Assembly: GCA_002269645.1 (NCBI GenBank)
Contig: NIVC01001121.1
Location: forward strand, 62,001 to 126,000
Length of the DNA: 64,000 nt
Reading direction: 5' to 3'
Source of the DNA: Macrostomum lignano
Lineage: Eukaryota
In this document: piece by piece, positions 48,314-63,067 of the stretch
Numbering within the stretch: position 1 is the stretch's first letter
Layout: the number at the start of each line of letters is the position of its first letter
The notes under the pieces: model-generated
The model's database searches: none
What the model was told of the DNA's origin: nothing
What the model saw: the letters and a program-made list of their open reading frames with translations, nothing else
Translations under genes and position numbers: made by a program

Positions 48314-50960
48314 TAGACAGACAGACTAAGACAGACACTAAAGCAGACACTAAGACAGACACTAAGACACTAAGACAGACACTAAGACACTAAGACAGAC
48401 ACTAAGACAGACACTAAGAGACTAAGACAGTAAGACAGACACTAAGACAGACACTAAGACACTAAGACAGACACTAAGACAGACACTAAGAGACTAAGAC
48501 AGTAAGACAGACACTAAGACAGACACTAAGAGACTAAGACAGTAAGACAGACACTAAGACAGACACTAAGAGACTAAGACAGTAAGACAGGCACTAAGAC
48601 AGACACTAAGACAGACACTAAGAGACTAAGACACTAAGACAGACACTAAGAGACTAAGACAGTAAGACAGACACTAAGACACTAAGACAGACACTAAGAC
48701 ACTAAGACAGACACTAAGACAGACACTAAGAGACTAAGACACTAAGACAGACACTAAGACAGACACTAAGACAGACACTAAGACAGACACTAAGACAGAC
48801 ACTAAGACAGACACTAAGGCAGACACTAAGACAGACACTAAGACAGACACTAAGACAGACACTAAGACAGACACTAAGACAGACACTAAGACAGACACTA
48901 AGACAGACACTAAGAGACTAAGACACTAAGACAGACACTAAGACAGACACTAAGACAGACACTAAGACAGACACTAAGACAGACACTAAGACAGACACTA
49001 AGACAGACACTAAGACAGACACTAAGACAGATACTAAGACAGACACTAAGACAGACACTAAGACAGACACTAAGACAGACACTAAGACAGACACTAAGAC
49101 AGACACTAAGACAGACACTAAGGCAGACACTAAGACAGACACTAAGACAGACACTAAGACAGACACTAAGACAGACACTAAGACAGACACTAAGACAGAC
49201 ACTAAGAGACTAAGACACTAAGACAGACACTAAGACAGACACTAAGACAGACACTAAGACAGACACTAAGACAGACACTAAGACAGACACTAAGACAGAC
49301 ACTAAGACAGACACTAAGACAGACTATGAATAAGTCAAGGCTGTACGCCATGCGGCTCAACGGAACGGACAGGACTGCTCGCTACATCGCTGCTGCAATG
49401 CATACTGTACTGTCGCCTTCATTTGCGCCACCTGTGTACCCTATGCAGAGCACCACAAAAGCTTTTTCGTCATTGCGTCGAAGTTTACATTTTAATTTTG
49501 TAAGGACACCATCGCCTGGAAAACCTTTAGATAATCAATGGTTCTTAGATCATACCCCAGGAACTTATTTGGTGCCTCTGTCACTGATTTTGGCGCCGCA
49601 GACAATCATTTTGGAATCACAGACACTCGTTTTGAGATCAAAGACGCTAATGTTGGTGCCGCAGACACTCATTTTAGCGGCAGAGGCACTTATTTTGGTC
49701 CCACAGACACTCATTAGTGGCGCCAGGCACCCGACATTTTGAGATCCACAGACACTCATTCTAGCACCCAATCATTCCGAAACGATTCAATTGCAGATGC
49801 GCTGTTGCGGCTGGTGGACAAGCCCCCAAGCTCAGTTTGAGAACAGCTGCACCTGGTTCAACGGCACCACTTGGTACAAGGCCAATCCTGTGGACAAGTC
49901 GGATTCGAACTCGTCCAAGTGTCCGAGCTCCTGCTGCGCGGATGGCAAGGCGAACTGCAAGTCGCCTTATGCTGAGGTCTGGGCTTGGGGAAGCTGATGC
50001 ACTGTACCATTTACATGATTTAGACTGCCTGGGGGCCATCAATTTCGTGTAATTCTTGACTACTCATCAAGCATAGGGCAATAGGAAAGTCAGGGTTCCT
50101 GTAGATGTGCACCCTGCATTCTCAGTGGTGAGCAGACACACCTGCGACAAGCTACATGAAAATGTTGAAAATGTATACATCAGCATTCGTTACCACAGCT
50201 TCGAGTATGTGCAATTGTACTCTAAATATGCACGCTACAATTTCGGGTTGTGGCTCTTTTCAACTGCATGCTCGCCACAAAATTTTCAGAGCTGCACGAA
50301 AAAGATATTTAAGAAATATCTGGTTGCTGTGCCACTGGCCGCTGTAGCCGCCGTGATTCTCTGTGTGAGTTAAAATTTTCTCTGAATATACTACTTGTAC
50401 TCCTAAATATAAGTAGTGCGTAACACTTTTTATCATGACGAAATTAAACAAATTTAAAATGATTGATTTTTCATCTGAAATCAGGGGCGTCGCCAATGGG
50501 GGGACAAGGGGGGTGGGGGCATGTCCTCCCCAGTAAAAGATCTGGAGGACATGCCAATGCTTTGTGCCCCCCCGGCCACCCCACCTTGTGACCCGTTATG
50601 GAAATCAATAATTTTGCTGCAGGGCGACTAAAAATAGTGCCTGCGGCGCTAAAAGGAGTGCTGACAACACCGATTCTGAAAAATAATGTACATGTAAGAA
50701 TTAAGTGATGTATATGTACATGTATAAATTATTGGCTTTGTCCCCTGCCCCCCCCCCACAATAAAATCCATGGCGACGCCCCTGTCTGAAATAGCAAAAT
50801 TGTTTGTTGCTTTTAAATTATAGCAGTTTTTTATTCATAATGCGTCCTAATTTATCTATTCTTAATCAAACTAATTAATTCATAGCTCTGCCACCTGCTC
50901 TGCGCCGTGGTTCTGCTGGTGAAGGGTTCACACAGCGAACGAGAAATATTTGCCATCTGA
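45519..50960 (+). CDS. Tetraspanin, 257 aa; exons 45519-45791, 46460-46630, 49797-49976, 50290-50364, 50886-50960
   Basis: Four TM segments and a large loop with CCG and PSSCC motifs. All introns are phase-0 GT-AG; sum 774 nt ends in TGA. The last two exons are less certain. Confidence 0.85.
45862..46440. repeat. 20-bp minisatellite (tetraspanin intron 1)
   Basis: CACTCAATGCCACCCTCGGA grading into CACTCAATCCCACC variants. Confidence 0.93.
46752..47298 (-). mobile_element. SINE copy, head missing, split by the Harbinger MITE
   Basis: CCATTCCGCCGACTCCCCTGAGCAG [MITE] GCACACACTCACACAGGAGTGTACAG...GTTAATTGCACGAG. Confidence 0.65.
46813..47186. mobile_element. PIF/Harbinger-type MITE (374 bp) nested in a SINE copy
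   Basis: TIR GGGCTTATTTCATAAAGC / GCTTTTTTATGAAATCGGCCC, CAG on both flanks. The empty site CTGAGCAGGCAC is visible in the SINE copy near 27865. Confidence 0.78.
48258..49325. repeat. (GACA)n grading into 12-bp (GACAGACACTAA)n
   Basis: Direct reading. Confidence 0.95.
50482..50784. mobile_element. hAT-type MITE (303 bp)
   Basis: TIR CAGGGGCGTCGCCA / TGGCGACGCCCCTG with a perfect 8-bp TSD TCTGAAAT. Confidence 0.9.
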
Positions 50961-52034
50961 TTGTCGGAAAGTGCGAGTTTCAATATTCTAGTATTCATTT
51001 TAAACAAAATTGCATGGCTCTTGCGTGTACAGTCGCTAAATTTAAAACAGTCATGAATATTATTAAAATTAATAATTATCATCTTTTACTTTGGGACAAC
51101 CCTTACTTTATTAGCACGCAATATCATCAGTTCTTTTGTTAAAACGCATTCCTATTCTCTAATTCAATAAGCGACCCATATTATTATATCAAATTCATTT
51201 AAGAGAGCATTTTGAGATGTACGAGACCGAGTATCCAATATAATAATTATATAGCTACATCTGCAGTTCAATATATACATGTAACTATTATGTAGTTATC
51301 ATCGCAATTAAGAATAGCTTATAGCTATACCCAAGAATATACCCAAGAATTTTCTATTAGTTAAGGTATACCGTTTATAAACATATAATGGATATATATA
51401 TATCCATTGCATGTATATTCCATTGCTATATTCCATTGCTATATTATAAATTTCAATCCCATCGTTATTCCAATAAAAACTTAGTCTTGAATCACCTAAA
51501 GGACAAATATACAGTTAAAAGTTTGCTGTCAGTCACCATGTTCCAATAAAACACATGGATAATTTTGCTAAACATTAATTGACTGACATTAAAAGTGTAC
51601 TTTTATTTGAGTAAATCGATTCTGTATGAAATTATTTATAAATATCACTCGTTTAACTTTTAATAAGTGTTAATTCCGTCATCGTCGGTGCTAAAATTTG
51701 CTTAAACTAACTTTAAAATATATTAATCAATCGTGCCAATATTTATCATGCCTACCCCAGCTGTTACTGTTTTGAATTGCTGCGAATATGATTGTGAAAT
51801 TATTTTGTTAGCTATTTTTTCTTCGCAATACGGTCTTCCAATTTTTTCGATAATTTACGGGAATTTATTTATTTTTTTGGATAACTGCTGGGGACACTGA
51901 TGCCGGCCGTCTCTGTCGCACAAAAAACAGTATGCACAAATCGTTAAATTTACAATGTATAGGAACGTTTACTTCAACGTAATGAAGCTAAATTTAAAGA
52001 CTATGTAGACCAGTCCTCAGAGACCGATGAGGAG

Positions 52035-52722
52035 TCTATATATGGTAAGGAATCTATGGTGAGGAATCTGTGGTAAGGAATCTATAATGAGGAATCTATG
52101 GTGAGGAATCTATGGTGAGGAATCTGTGGTAAGGAATCTATGGTGAGGAATCTGTGGTAAGGAATCTATGGTGAGGAATCTGTGGTAAGGAATCTATGGT
52201 GAGGAATCTGTGGTAAGGAATCTATGGTGAGGAATCTGTGGTAAGGAATCTATGGTGAGGAATCTATAATGAGGAATCTATGGTGAGGAATCTATGGTGA
52301 GGAATCTGTGGTAAGGAATCTATGGTGAGGAATCTGTGGTAAGGAATCTATGGTGAGGAATCTGTGGTAAGGAATCTATGGTGAGGAATCTATAATGAGG
52401 AATCTATGGTGAGGAATCTATGGTGAGGAATCTGTGGTAAGGAATCTATGGTGAGGAATCTGTGGTAAGGAATCTATGGTGAGGAATCTGTGGTAAGGAA
52501 TCTATGGTGAGGAATCTATGGTGAGGAATCTGTGGTAAGGAATCTATGGTGAGGAATCTGTGGTAAGGAATCTATGGTAAGGAATCTATGGTAAGGAATC
52601 TATGGTGAGGAATCTGTGGTAAGGAATCTATGGTGAGGAATCTATGGTGAGGAATCTGTGGTAAGGAATCTATGGTGAGGAATCTATGGTGAGGAATCTA
52701 TGGTGAGGAATCTGTGGTAAGA
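52035..52722. repeat. 14-bp minisatellite
   Basis: GAGGAATCTATGGT units with variants (CTGTGG, TAAGG). Confidence 0.94.
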
Positions 52723-53266
52723 ACATTCTTGGTGAGTGTGTACTATACACTGTACATGTAGTTTGAATCAGAACCGCTCGGTCAAGCTGCCTGCCTGAAG
52801 TCGTTTGTCAACCGCGCCATTCACTGATGGAACATCTGGATAAAGTCTTTCGGATCCGGGTCTCCAGCCCGTGCGAAGATCGCAGGTGCCACTCTCGCTA
52901 GCTTTCCAGGCCAGCTGTTGCTGGCGAGGGGATGGCGCAGCCCCAAGGCAAACGCCTGTAATGCTGATATGCATTTAGACACAAATTCAATTGATTATCT
53001 TTCAAATGCTCCTCCATCAATGTACACTTCTGCCCGTATCCAAAGCAAACAGAGAGAGACAGAAAAATCAGAGTTAATTACGAGCTATGCCAGCTCAAAC
53101 GCCATCTACAGAGCATGCAGTTTAGAGGCGTTTGCCTTGGGGCTGCAAGCAGGCATTGACTCCAAAATCGCAACACTCAAAATTAATTTGTCCGTTAGGA
53201 GCAGCTGTATATTAACAGAAAACTTAATCTCCCAATTTCTGCAACAATCTCTCCTGGAAGCAGCAG

Positions 53267-53740
53267 ATCTGGCGGCCCTGCCTCAGCCGGTCCCTGGCCG
53301 CCTGGGCCCTGCCCGCTCCCGCCGCCTCCCCGCTCGAGTGCGTCATCCGGGCCCGCTGGCAGCCGCTGTCGGGCGTCGGGGTGGTGCAGCGGCACCGGCG
53401 CAGCTCCGCCTGCTCGCTGTTCCTGTTCAGCCGAGTCTGCCACCTGCTCAGCCTGAGCAGCCCGCCCGACGACCCCGCGCTGGGCCCGGCCGACTGCGAG
53501 CTGTTCGTGGACTCCGAGCTGGACGCCCTCGTCGCCAACCGGCACTTCGCCACCGTGTGGGTCGGCAACCGCGGGCCCCGGCTGGAAAATCTGGTCTGCG
53601 ACGCCCGCGGCCAGAGGAACTCCGTTGAGCACGACGGGGTCGTCTGGACCAGCGACGGCGCCAGGATGAACGGCTCGACGTCGCGGGTGACGGACACGCG
53701 GGGCCTCGACTTCAACAGCAGGTTCACCTGGCTCATGGAG
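53267..53740 (+). CDS. Putative internal coding exon (158 aa) of an unidentified gene
   Basis: GC-rich, open frame with C/G-ending codons, CAG acceptor and GTAAGC donor (phase 0). No recognised domain. Possible upstream mini-exons around 52827-52950. Confidence 0.5.
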
Positions 53741-54539
53741 GTAAGCAGGACGCCTAAAGTGAACGCCTTCATCGAGCTGACCGACTGCAGCAGCTTTACA
53801 GAGTACTGGCTGCACCTGTGGGAGTGGGAACAACAGCAGCCCCACAGACACCAGGCGGCTGTACATCCAGAACGGACACCGCAGCCTCATGTCCAAGCAG
53901 CAGATTCTGCCATCGGACAGCCAGCAGTTCGCCAGAGTCGGTGCCGCCTCAGACGGAGAAATTTTCGTAAATATTTTAATAATATCCAGCCTTAACAACT
54001 TTAATTTTATTTATAAAACTACCTACGAATAACTACCTACTAATAACATGCGTGCTATGCTAAACCGTCTATTTTAACTTAGATATACCTGGTAGATACA
54101 CGTATTCCTACAGTATTCCTGTAGTTTTGAACTCGCTAACGCACAATGTTTTTTTCTAACTTAAATTTCACATTTCATAAAGCTATAATTTTCCCCATCG
54201 TTCGAGATGAATACACAGATTTTTCTATAAATACATATTAATATTTATCTCTGTCAAGTAATTGTACCAGGTACTTCTCTATTGCATGTAGCTACCTGCT
54301 CTGCAAGGATAATTATCGAGGTGTCAGTTGGGTGCCAGTTGAGTGTCAGTTGGGTGTCAGTTGGGTGTCAGCTGGAGGCCAGTTGGAAACAAACTGGCCT
54401 TGGCTGGTTCGCCTCGACCCTATTTTTGAGGGAGCGTCACTTCCGTGGCTCCAGCGTTCCCTGAACGGTCTGGCACTCGGGTCCTTGGATTTCGCAAAAG
54501 CAGTCCGTCCCGCTTAAGGGAAATTGGGTCTCTTCTCAG

Positions 54540-55260
54540 CTTTCTCTTCGCTCCTCTCTCCCTTCATCTCTCTTCTCTCCTCTTTCCTTTCATCTCTCCT
54601 CTCTCATCTATCCCTTCATCTCTCTTCTCTCCTCTTTCCCTTCATCTCTCCTCTCTCATCTATCCCTTCATCTCTCTTCTCTCCTCTTTCCCTTCATCTC
54701 TCCTCTCTCATCTATCCCTTCATCTCTCTTCTCTCCTCTTTCCCTTCATCTCTCCTCTCTCATCCATCCCTTCATCTCTCTTCTCTCCTCTTTCCCTTCA
54801 TCTCTCCTCTCTCATCTATCCCTTCATCTCTCTTCTCTCCTCTCTCTTTTCATCTCTTCTCTCTTATCTATCCCTTCATCTCTCTTCTCTCCTCTTTCCC
54901 TTCATCTCTCCTCTCTCCCTTCATCTCTCTTCGCTCCTCTCTCCCTTCATCTCTCTTCTCTCCTCTTTCCCTTCATCTCTCCTCTCTCATCTATCCCTTC
55001 ATCTCTCTTCTCTCCTCTTTCCCTTCATCTCTCCTCTCTCATCTATTCCTTCATCTCTCTTCTCTCCTCTCTCTTTTCATCTCTCCGCTCTCATCTATCC
55101 CTTTATCTCTCTTCTCTTCTCTTTTCCTTCATCTCTCCTCTTTCCCTTCATCTCTCCTCTCTCCCTTCTTCTCTTATCTCGCAACTCTTTATCTCGCCTC
55201 TCTAGTCTCTTTCTGCATCTCTTTTCTCTCTTCTCTCACTTTTTCTTTTCTTCTCCTATT
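54540..55260. repeat. CT-rich complex repeat
   Basis: CCCTTCATCTCTCTTCTCTCCTCTTT-type units. Confidence 0.9.
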
Positions 55261-55740
55261 CTCTCCTCACACTGTCTGACGTACTCAGATTTCAGCGACC
55301 CTGACCCGACAAAATGTTTTGTCTCTATCTCCTCAGCATAAACAGGATTTGTTTACAAAACTATGATTAAAAGATAAAAATACGTCCTCAATCTGATTTT
55401 TAACCTTCAAGGATTTAAAAATTTAAAAATCGTGATTCTATCATATACATATAGATCCGTATTTGTACACCTTCTTAGTGCGTAGGCGAATGCACGCGCA
55501 GCCCCAATTAAAATGGATTTGCTGCTATTTTTATCGCCAATGCACAAATGCAGACCTCACTTACTGTACTGTACTCACTGTAGCTAAACAACAGGGATTT
55601 AGTAGGTACAATTAAAAATCGAAGCTTATTCAGCAAATCTGCAGGAGTTCTTGCAAAAACGTGCTCGCATTTCAAACAAGGATCATCACTAAAAGCAACG
55701 GCGTTACAACAGCAGCTTCTTGCGGTCCTTGGTTCCAAGC

Positions 55741-57350
<1,610 letters not shown>

Positions 57351-57450
57351 TGAAAGCAGCCAGAAAAAAAATACTCAAGAAAACATGCGGTCGGATTGTC
57401 TCGTAGGAAACAGACAAAAGCAAAAAACGTTGGTTTAATTTATCTGTCCC

Positions 57451-57460
57451 TGTCTGTCTC

Positions 57461-57519
<59 letters not shown>

Positions 57520-57526
57520 GCCTGCC

Positions 57527-57586
<60 letters not shown>

Positions 57587-57591
57587 CTTCG

Positions 57592-57624
<33 letters not shown>
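57451..57624. repeat. (CTGT)n microsatellite
   Basis: Direct reading. Confidence 0.95.
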
Positions 57625-57625
<1 letters not shown>

Positions 57626-57989
57626 AACCTTAACATTCGCTCCCACATGCCGCTGCGATTAACGCCCACGCGCTTTGCATTCCTGCGCGACGAATTTGTG
57701 AGCAGTGCCATTTAAACTGGTAGCTATAATGTAAAATTTTATTAGTGCAGGCATCAGCCCACAGTGCAGGCAGTGTTCAAGAGCTAAAATTAGCCATTAC
57801 AGCGATAACAGGAGATTTATCGATATCAACTGTTGGAAATTTTACGTGCTTGTAAAACTGCTCGCACATACATGTATTGTAGTGCGTTAGTACAGGTCAT
57901 AAATAATTTTTGCATTTTAAGAGAAACTGAGCTAGAAAGCACAGTGAATTCTAGCGTCCATGTAGGAAAGCACGTTGGGAACAAGAGGC

Positions 57990-58152
57990 AGGGGCTTTAG
58001 CACCAGGGGCACCAGCACCAGGGGCACCAGCACCAGGGGCACCAGGGGCACCAGCACCAGGGGCTTTAGCACCAGGGGCACCAGCACCTGGGGCTTTAGC
58101 ACCAAGGGGCTTTAGCACCAGGGGCACCAGCACCAGGGGCTTTAGCACCAGG
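57990..58152. repeat. CACCAGGGGC(ACCAG/TTTAG) minisatellite
   Basis: 9/15-bp related units. Confidence 0.85.
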
Positions 58153-58899
58153 GAATATATTTACGAGTATGAACGAATAGGTACATGTCAAATTAAAATC
58201 CTGGGTGCGCCTTCAGCTTACACAAGTGACAGCGCTTCTGCATTGCGCTTGTTGCGGTCGTGCGCTGGGCACCTTGGCGAAATGCCTTCGGCGACATCGT
58301 CCCTTAATTCCAGTGCTGACCGCAGTTCTGGCCAGTCCGCAGACTCCTGGGCAGATACAAGCCACCAATACTGCAGTCACGCGCTCACACAGGGTGCACA
58401 CCGGCTTTGACTTTCTAACCAATAGAAGCATGTACAGTCTCCGTGCTTTGGTGGTTGGCCCCGACTGCCAATTTTTATGCAGAAGTCCCTGTTGAAGCTT
58501 CTTGACTACATGTCCTGCATGTCTTCGAGAGTGACCTTATTTGCTTCTATTTAAAGCTACGGAAGCAGTAAGCCTGACAAGATCTGGATAGGGAATATGG
58601 TCAGGCCGACACAGTAATGCCCTGGAAAAACAACAATGTATCATCCATAAAAACAAAATATTTTTTCTGCTCAACTTAGCAAGCAAATTTGTATTTCCTG
58701 TAAAGTATTTTTCTGTCCCAGCTGTTACTGTATTGGCCCTGAGCTAAATTTAACACTGAAAGAGATCTGACAAGTATTTACGGAGGAGCCACTTGAACTT
58801 TTACTGGTTCTTAAGTCTTCAAGTTATTGTGCATATTGCAAGGTGAGTGAAGGCATAAATTCGTTAAAATTATAAGTCGCATTCAGGCTCTAAATCCCT

Positions 58900-59390
58900 C
58901 TCTATTCCTCCCTATCTCCCTCTCTATTCTTCCCTATCTTCCTATCCCTATCTCCCTCTCTATTCTTTCCTATCTCCCTCTCCCTACCTCCCTCTCCCTA
59001 TCTCCCTCTCTATTCTCCCTATCTGCCTCTCTATTCTCCCTATCTCCCTCTCCCTATCTCCCTCTCTATTCTCCCTATCTCCCTCTCTATTATCCCTATC
59101 TCCCTCTCTATTCTCCCTATCTCCCTCTCTATTCTCCCTATCTCCCTCTCTATTCTCCCTATCTCCCTCTCTATTCTCCCTATCTCCCTCTCCCTATCTC
59201 CCTCTCCCTATCTCTCTCTCAATCTCCCTGTCTCCCTCTCCCTATCTCCCTCTCCCTATCTCCCTCTCTATTCCTCCCTGTCTCCCTCTTACTATCTCAC
59301 TCTCCCTATCTGCCTCTTCATTTCTCCCTCTTCATTTCTCCCTCTCCTTATCTCCTACTCTCTCTATCCCACTCTCTCACTCTATTTCCC
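58900..59390. repeat. CT-rich repeat (CTCCCTATCTCCCTCTCTATT)
   Basis: Direct reading. Confidence 0.88.
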
Positions 59391-59926
59391 CCCTTTCTCT
59401 AACATTTAACCCCTTTCTGCTCTTTTTCTCTGCCCCCCTTACAGAGGTAATTCCGCACGTACACTTACAATTGTACAATTGTACAGCTAGCTAGCAGCAT
59501 ACCAAATTTTACCTAAGTCTGTACTAGCGTTAATTAAAATTTACCACACATCAGAGTACGTGAGCACAGCTAGACGACTCAATGCTCATACCAACCACTT
59601 TTGATAGACAATTGAGCTCTGGCCTGGCAGTGAGGTAAAAAATCTAAAGCATGTAATTCTCAACTTAAAATATTTAAAAGAAGTAAAAATGCTGCAGTAA
59701 AAAGTAACGCCTTAGGAAAAAGAAAAACTACTCAAAATCATTATTAAATTGAAAGGCAGTGATTTTGAGTCAATCTCAGACAGTACAAATTAGAAGTCAG
59801 AAAATCGGATTTTTTGGTGTTTGCTTAGAGTTGGCGTTGCATGCAAACTAAAAGGTTTTATAAAAAACGTACGCTAGTTGTCCAAAAAAAGAAGAAAAAG
59901 TTCTAAGGAGTTGAACTTCGATTAAG

Positions 59927-60883
59927 TCAGCAGATGAAGGCCCTGACGGAGGCCAGCGCAGCGGCTCCGCAGGCGGGGCAGCGGCTGCCGGCACCGTCAA
60001 GGCAGGCGTCGCACACGGCGAGGTGCGCGCACGGCAGCAGGACGCGGCTTCGCTGCCGGCCGCGGCACGTCAAGCAGCGGTCGTCTCCGTCCACCTGGAA
60101 GCCTCTCGCCGGGGTCGCATCTGGCGGCGGCGGGGAGGCTGCGCGCTGCGGTGAGCGGAGCGGCGCCTCTTCAGCTGCTGGAGCAGCCGAGGGACCGTCG
60201 GATGCGTCAGTGGCGGCCGCCAGCAGCAGCGATTCGAGCGGCGGCCGGCGCAGCAGGTGGGCGGACTGTCGGAAGACGGCCTCGCACAGGTTGGCGAGCC
60301 GCAGCAGGTGGCCGGTCCTGTCGGCCGGCGCGCCGCCGTCCGGACCCAGCAGGTTGCGGGCGAGCGCCCAGGCCAGCAGGTTTCGCTGGAAGCCGAAGGA
60401 CTCGGCGAGCGGCACCGCCGGCCGGGCCAGCAGCTGCCTCAGCTGTCGCAGCGTGGCTTCGGCTCTGGCTGCCTCCGTTGCTAGGCAACCGTTGCTAGGC
60501 TGGCCGAGAAGGCGGTCGAGCCTCGACAGCGCGCAGCCGTCGCGGTGCTCAGCGGTGGCGGCGGCCGTCGGACTCCCTGAGCATTCGGCGGTGCAGTGGA
60601 AGCAGACGAGCCGCTCCGGGCTGGCGGCGTCGCGGAAGAAGCCGCGCTCGGCTGTCCGGACGGCGTCCGCGCAGCCCGAGAGCGACTCGAACCTCGCGGC
60701 GAAGGCGGCGAACTCAGGATGTCGAGCTGCCGCCACGGACACGACGGCCAGTCCCGTCAGAGGCATCCTGAGGTGTCGTGAGGCGTCTTGGAGCTGCCGC
60801 CTGCAGTCTTCGGCTGTCTGCTCTGAGATGACATCAGCGATGAGTTGCAGCAGAGAGTCTGGCTGCCGGACTTCATCGCCCAT
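59927..60883 (-). CDS. IAP-like BIR-UBA-RING protein, copy B, intronless, 318 aa
   Basis: Complete ORF with HPEFAAFAARFESL, GFF..VCFHC..EH..C, UBA-like segment and a C-terminal IAP-type RING ending CPAC..VRAFIC. Confidence 0.82.
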   Translation of the reverse strand: MGDEVRQPDSLLQLIADVISEQTAEDCRRQLQDASRHLRMPLTGLAVVSVAAARHPEFAAFAARFESLSGCADAVRTAERGFFRDAASPERLVCFHCTAECSGSPTAAATAEHRDGCALSRLDRLLGQPSNGCLATEAARAEATLRQLRQLLARPAVPLAESFGFQRNLLAWALARNLLGPDGGAPADRTGHLLRLANLCEAVFRQSAHLLRRPPLESLLLAAATDASDGPSAAPAAEEAPLRSPQRAASPPPPDATPARGFQVDGDDRCLTCRGRQRSRVLLPCAHLAVCDACLDGAGSRCPACGAAALASVRAFIC

Positions 60884-61459
60884 GAAGGCGCTGGTGTAGC
60901 GCTGAGCAATTGAACTCAGCTAATAACGTATCTAGAATGCTATGGAAACCATCACGAGCTATTTGTAATGTCATCAATTCAAGTACTTTTATGGTTGCTA
61001 TGGACGCCATGCCCAGCTTGTGAATAGAAGAGAGAATAGAGTAATAGAACAGTCGCTCTTGCCAATTATCAGTACAGTCTAAGTTTGTACAGCATTCCAT
61101 TTTGAGACAGAAAGGGTAGATGCAGACGGGGTGTAGAAGTTTTGTACAGATGCATACAGAGAGTATTCAAGATCTGCCCATTATGAAGCCTCACGGGGCA
61201 GTTGCATTCTGGCTTCTGTCTTGGGCGAAACTTGCTAGAATCTCTATTAATGTCTCAGTCTTCTTGAGCATCAAAGTTTCAACGACTTTTAAAGAGAAGT
61301 GAAATTCATTTTCTAAGCCGTCAGGATGCAGCTCTTTCTAAGACGTAGCTCTACTTATCGGTTGAGTGGTACGATTTGAAGCTGTAGTAAAAGTTACTTG
61401 GCATTGCAGAGTTAACTTTACTCTCGTATGCGGCCGGGAATGAGACCCCGCGCTACCAC

Positions 61460-61930
61460 GCTGCCGGCATTTAGTGTACCTCGGCGGAGTCGTGCCGGAC
61501 ATCGCCAGCGACATGAGAAGGAGGACGCCCTGGGCCGCCTTACGCTCGGTTCACTGGGTGCTGGGATCTGAGGCTCTGGATGACGCGACCTGGGCTCAGC
61601 TGTTTCGGGCAGTCATAGAGACTGATCTGCTCTACAACCCTGAGACCTGGACCCTGACGGATGCTCTGAAGAACCAGCTGGACGCCGCGCACTCTGCGAT
61701 GCTGCGCTCTGCGTTCGGCGTGCGCTGAGGCCCGGGCTCGGAGTCCAACGTCACGTTCTACGCCGGGCCCGTCTAATGCGGCCTTCTGACCTGCTGCGCG
61801 AGAGGCGACTCGGGCTGGCTGCATGGCCACCAGTCGCTGCCGCGAGCCGTTACACGTTCTGCTGTTGTGGACGGCGCAGGGCCCGCGGAGACGAGGGAAA
61901 AGGGTGAACGACGCGCTACACAGAACTGCT
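61460..61930 (+). mobile_element. RTE-like non-LTR retrotransposon ORF2 3' fragment, decayed
   Basis: YLGG..DM..R..WAAL..LFRAVIETDLLYNPETWTLT..LDAAHSAMLR matches the post-RT motif of RTE-clade LINEs. Stops and frameshifts follow. Confidence 0.75.
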
Positions 61931-63067
61931 TCTGAGGCATGCGAGAGCCCCCGCTCTGACTCTGATTGGGGAGCTGAATTTTTTAGATGTGCGGCCCAAA
62001 GGCGTGTGTTCTCTTGACCCCCCCCCTCTGTGGCAAGCTTTTTCTACGTTGTCTCGTAAATTCCAGTTCAAAGCTACATGCTGCTTTGCGTGTTTCTCAT
62101 CGATTTCCCTACTCGTTCATGCTGAGTCACGATTATTGGTTTAGATGCAACTATAGTCTTTTGTTAAGAGATTTTAACTTTTTTATTTAAATGATCTATT
62201 CGAAGGATTTACTTAAATCCTTTATTTTATAGGTTTATTATTTTGGTTTGTTTTACTCAATGGGTTAATTTAAACGTTGAATTCAAATGATTTTTGTTTT
62301 AAGAATTTTATTAAATGGTGGAAATAAAATGAAACGTTCTTTGAACGGTTTAATTAAACGGTTTATTTAGCGAATCTATTCGATTCCGATTTACAGTCGA
62401 AAAACAAGGTCATTTCTTTCCGTTTGTCCGTAGACTGGCACGGATTTAAAATATAAAATCGAATTACTACGCTTGTATGAATAAAAATCACAGTTGGGTA
62501 GCACAAGCTTGGACCGCTCTAGTGGTAAATATAAGTGGTGTGAAATTTAAAATAATATTGAATTGAATATCAGGCTTTTAATTTGGCGAAGGAAGACGCA
62601 GATACTAAATATACTACTGATAGCTATAGTAAGCAATTGGTGTGTCTAACGTCGTTTTAACCAGATGCAAGAACTGAGCTTTATTTACAAAATAGGGGTG
62701 TTTTTTGCTTTTATGAGGCTTCAAAAATTTTTTGAAGCATTTCAAAGCCTCGGTCATAGCGTTATTTGTTTTAGTTCTGCTTTTGCATCCGAACGATTAA
62801 GCTGGAGTAAATAAATCAAATTACCTGTATCGAATGAGTTGTGATCAACAATAAAACGAGCCGATAAAAATATTACAGTCAAGCAATTTACTACGCATAC
62901 TACTCAAGCCGCGTGAAGCAGCTAATAGACGCTCGTATTCCCAAGCAAAATGAGCAAATTTAGATTCAAAATGGGTGAATAATATGGTAAACGGTTTCAG
63001 TCACAGCTACACGAAAGTTACACACCAATAGCTGGTATATTAGTCAATGTTGCGATGGTAAGCAGGC

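Noticed and set aside
58213-58431. CxxC-containing minus-strand ORF as a third RING remnant
   Set aside because: Lacks the RING His and later Cys pairs, with no similarity to the IAP copies.
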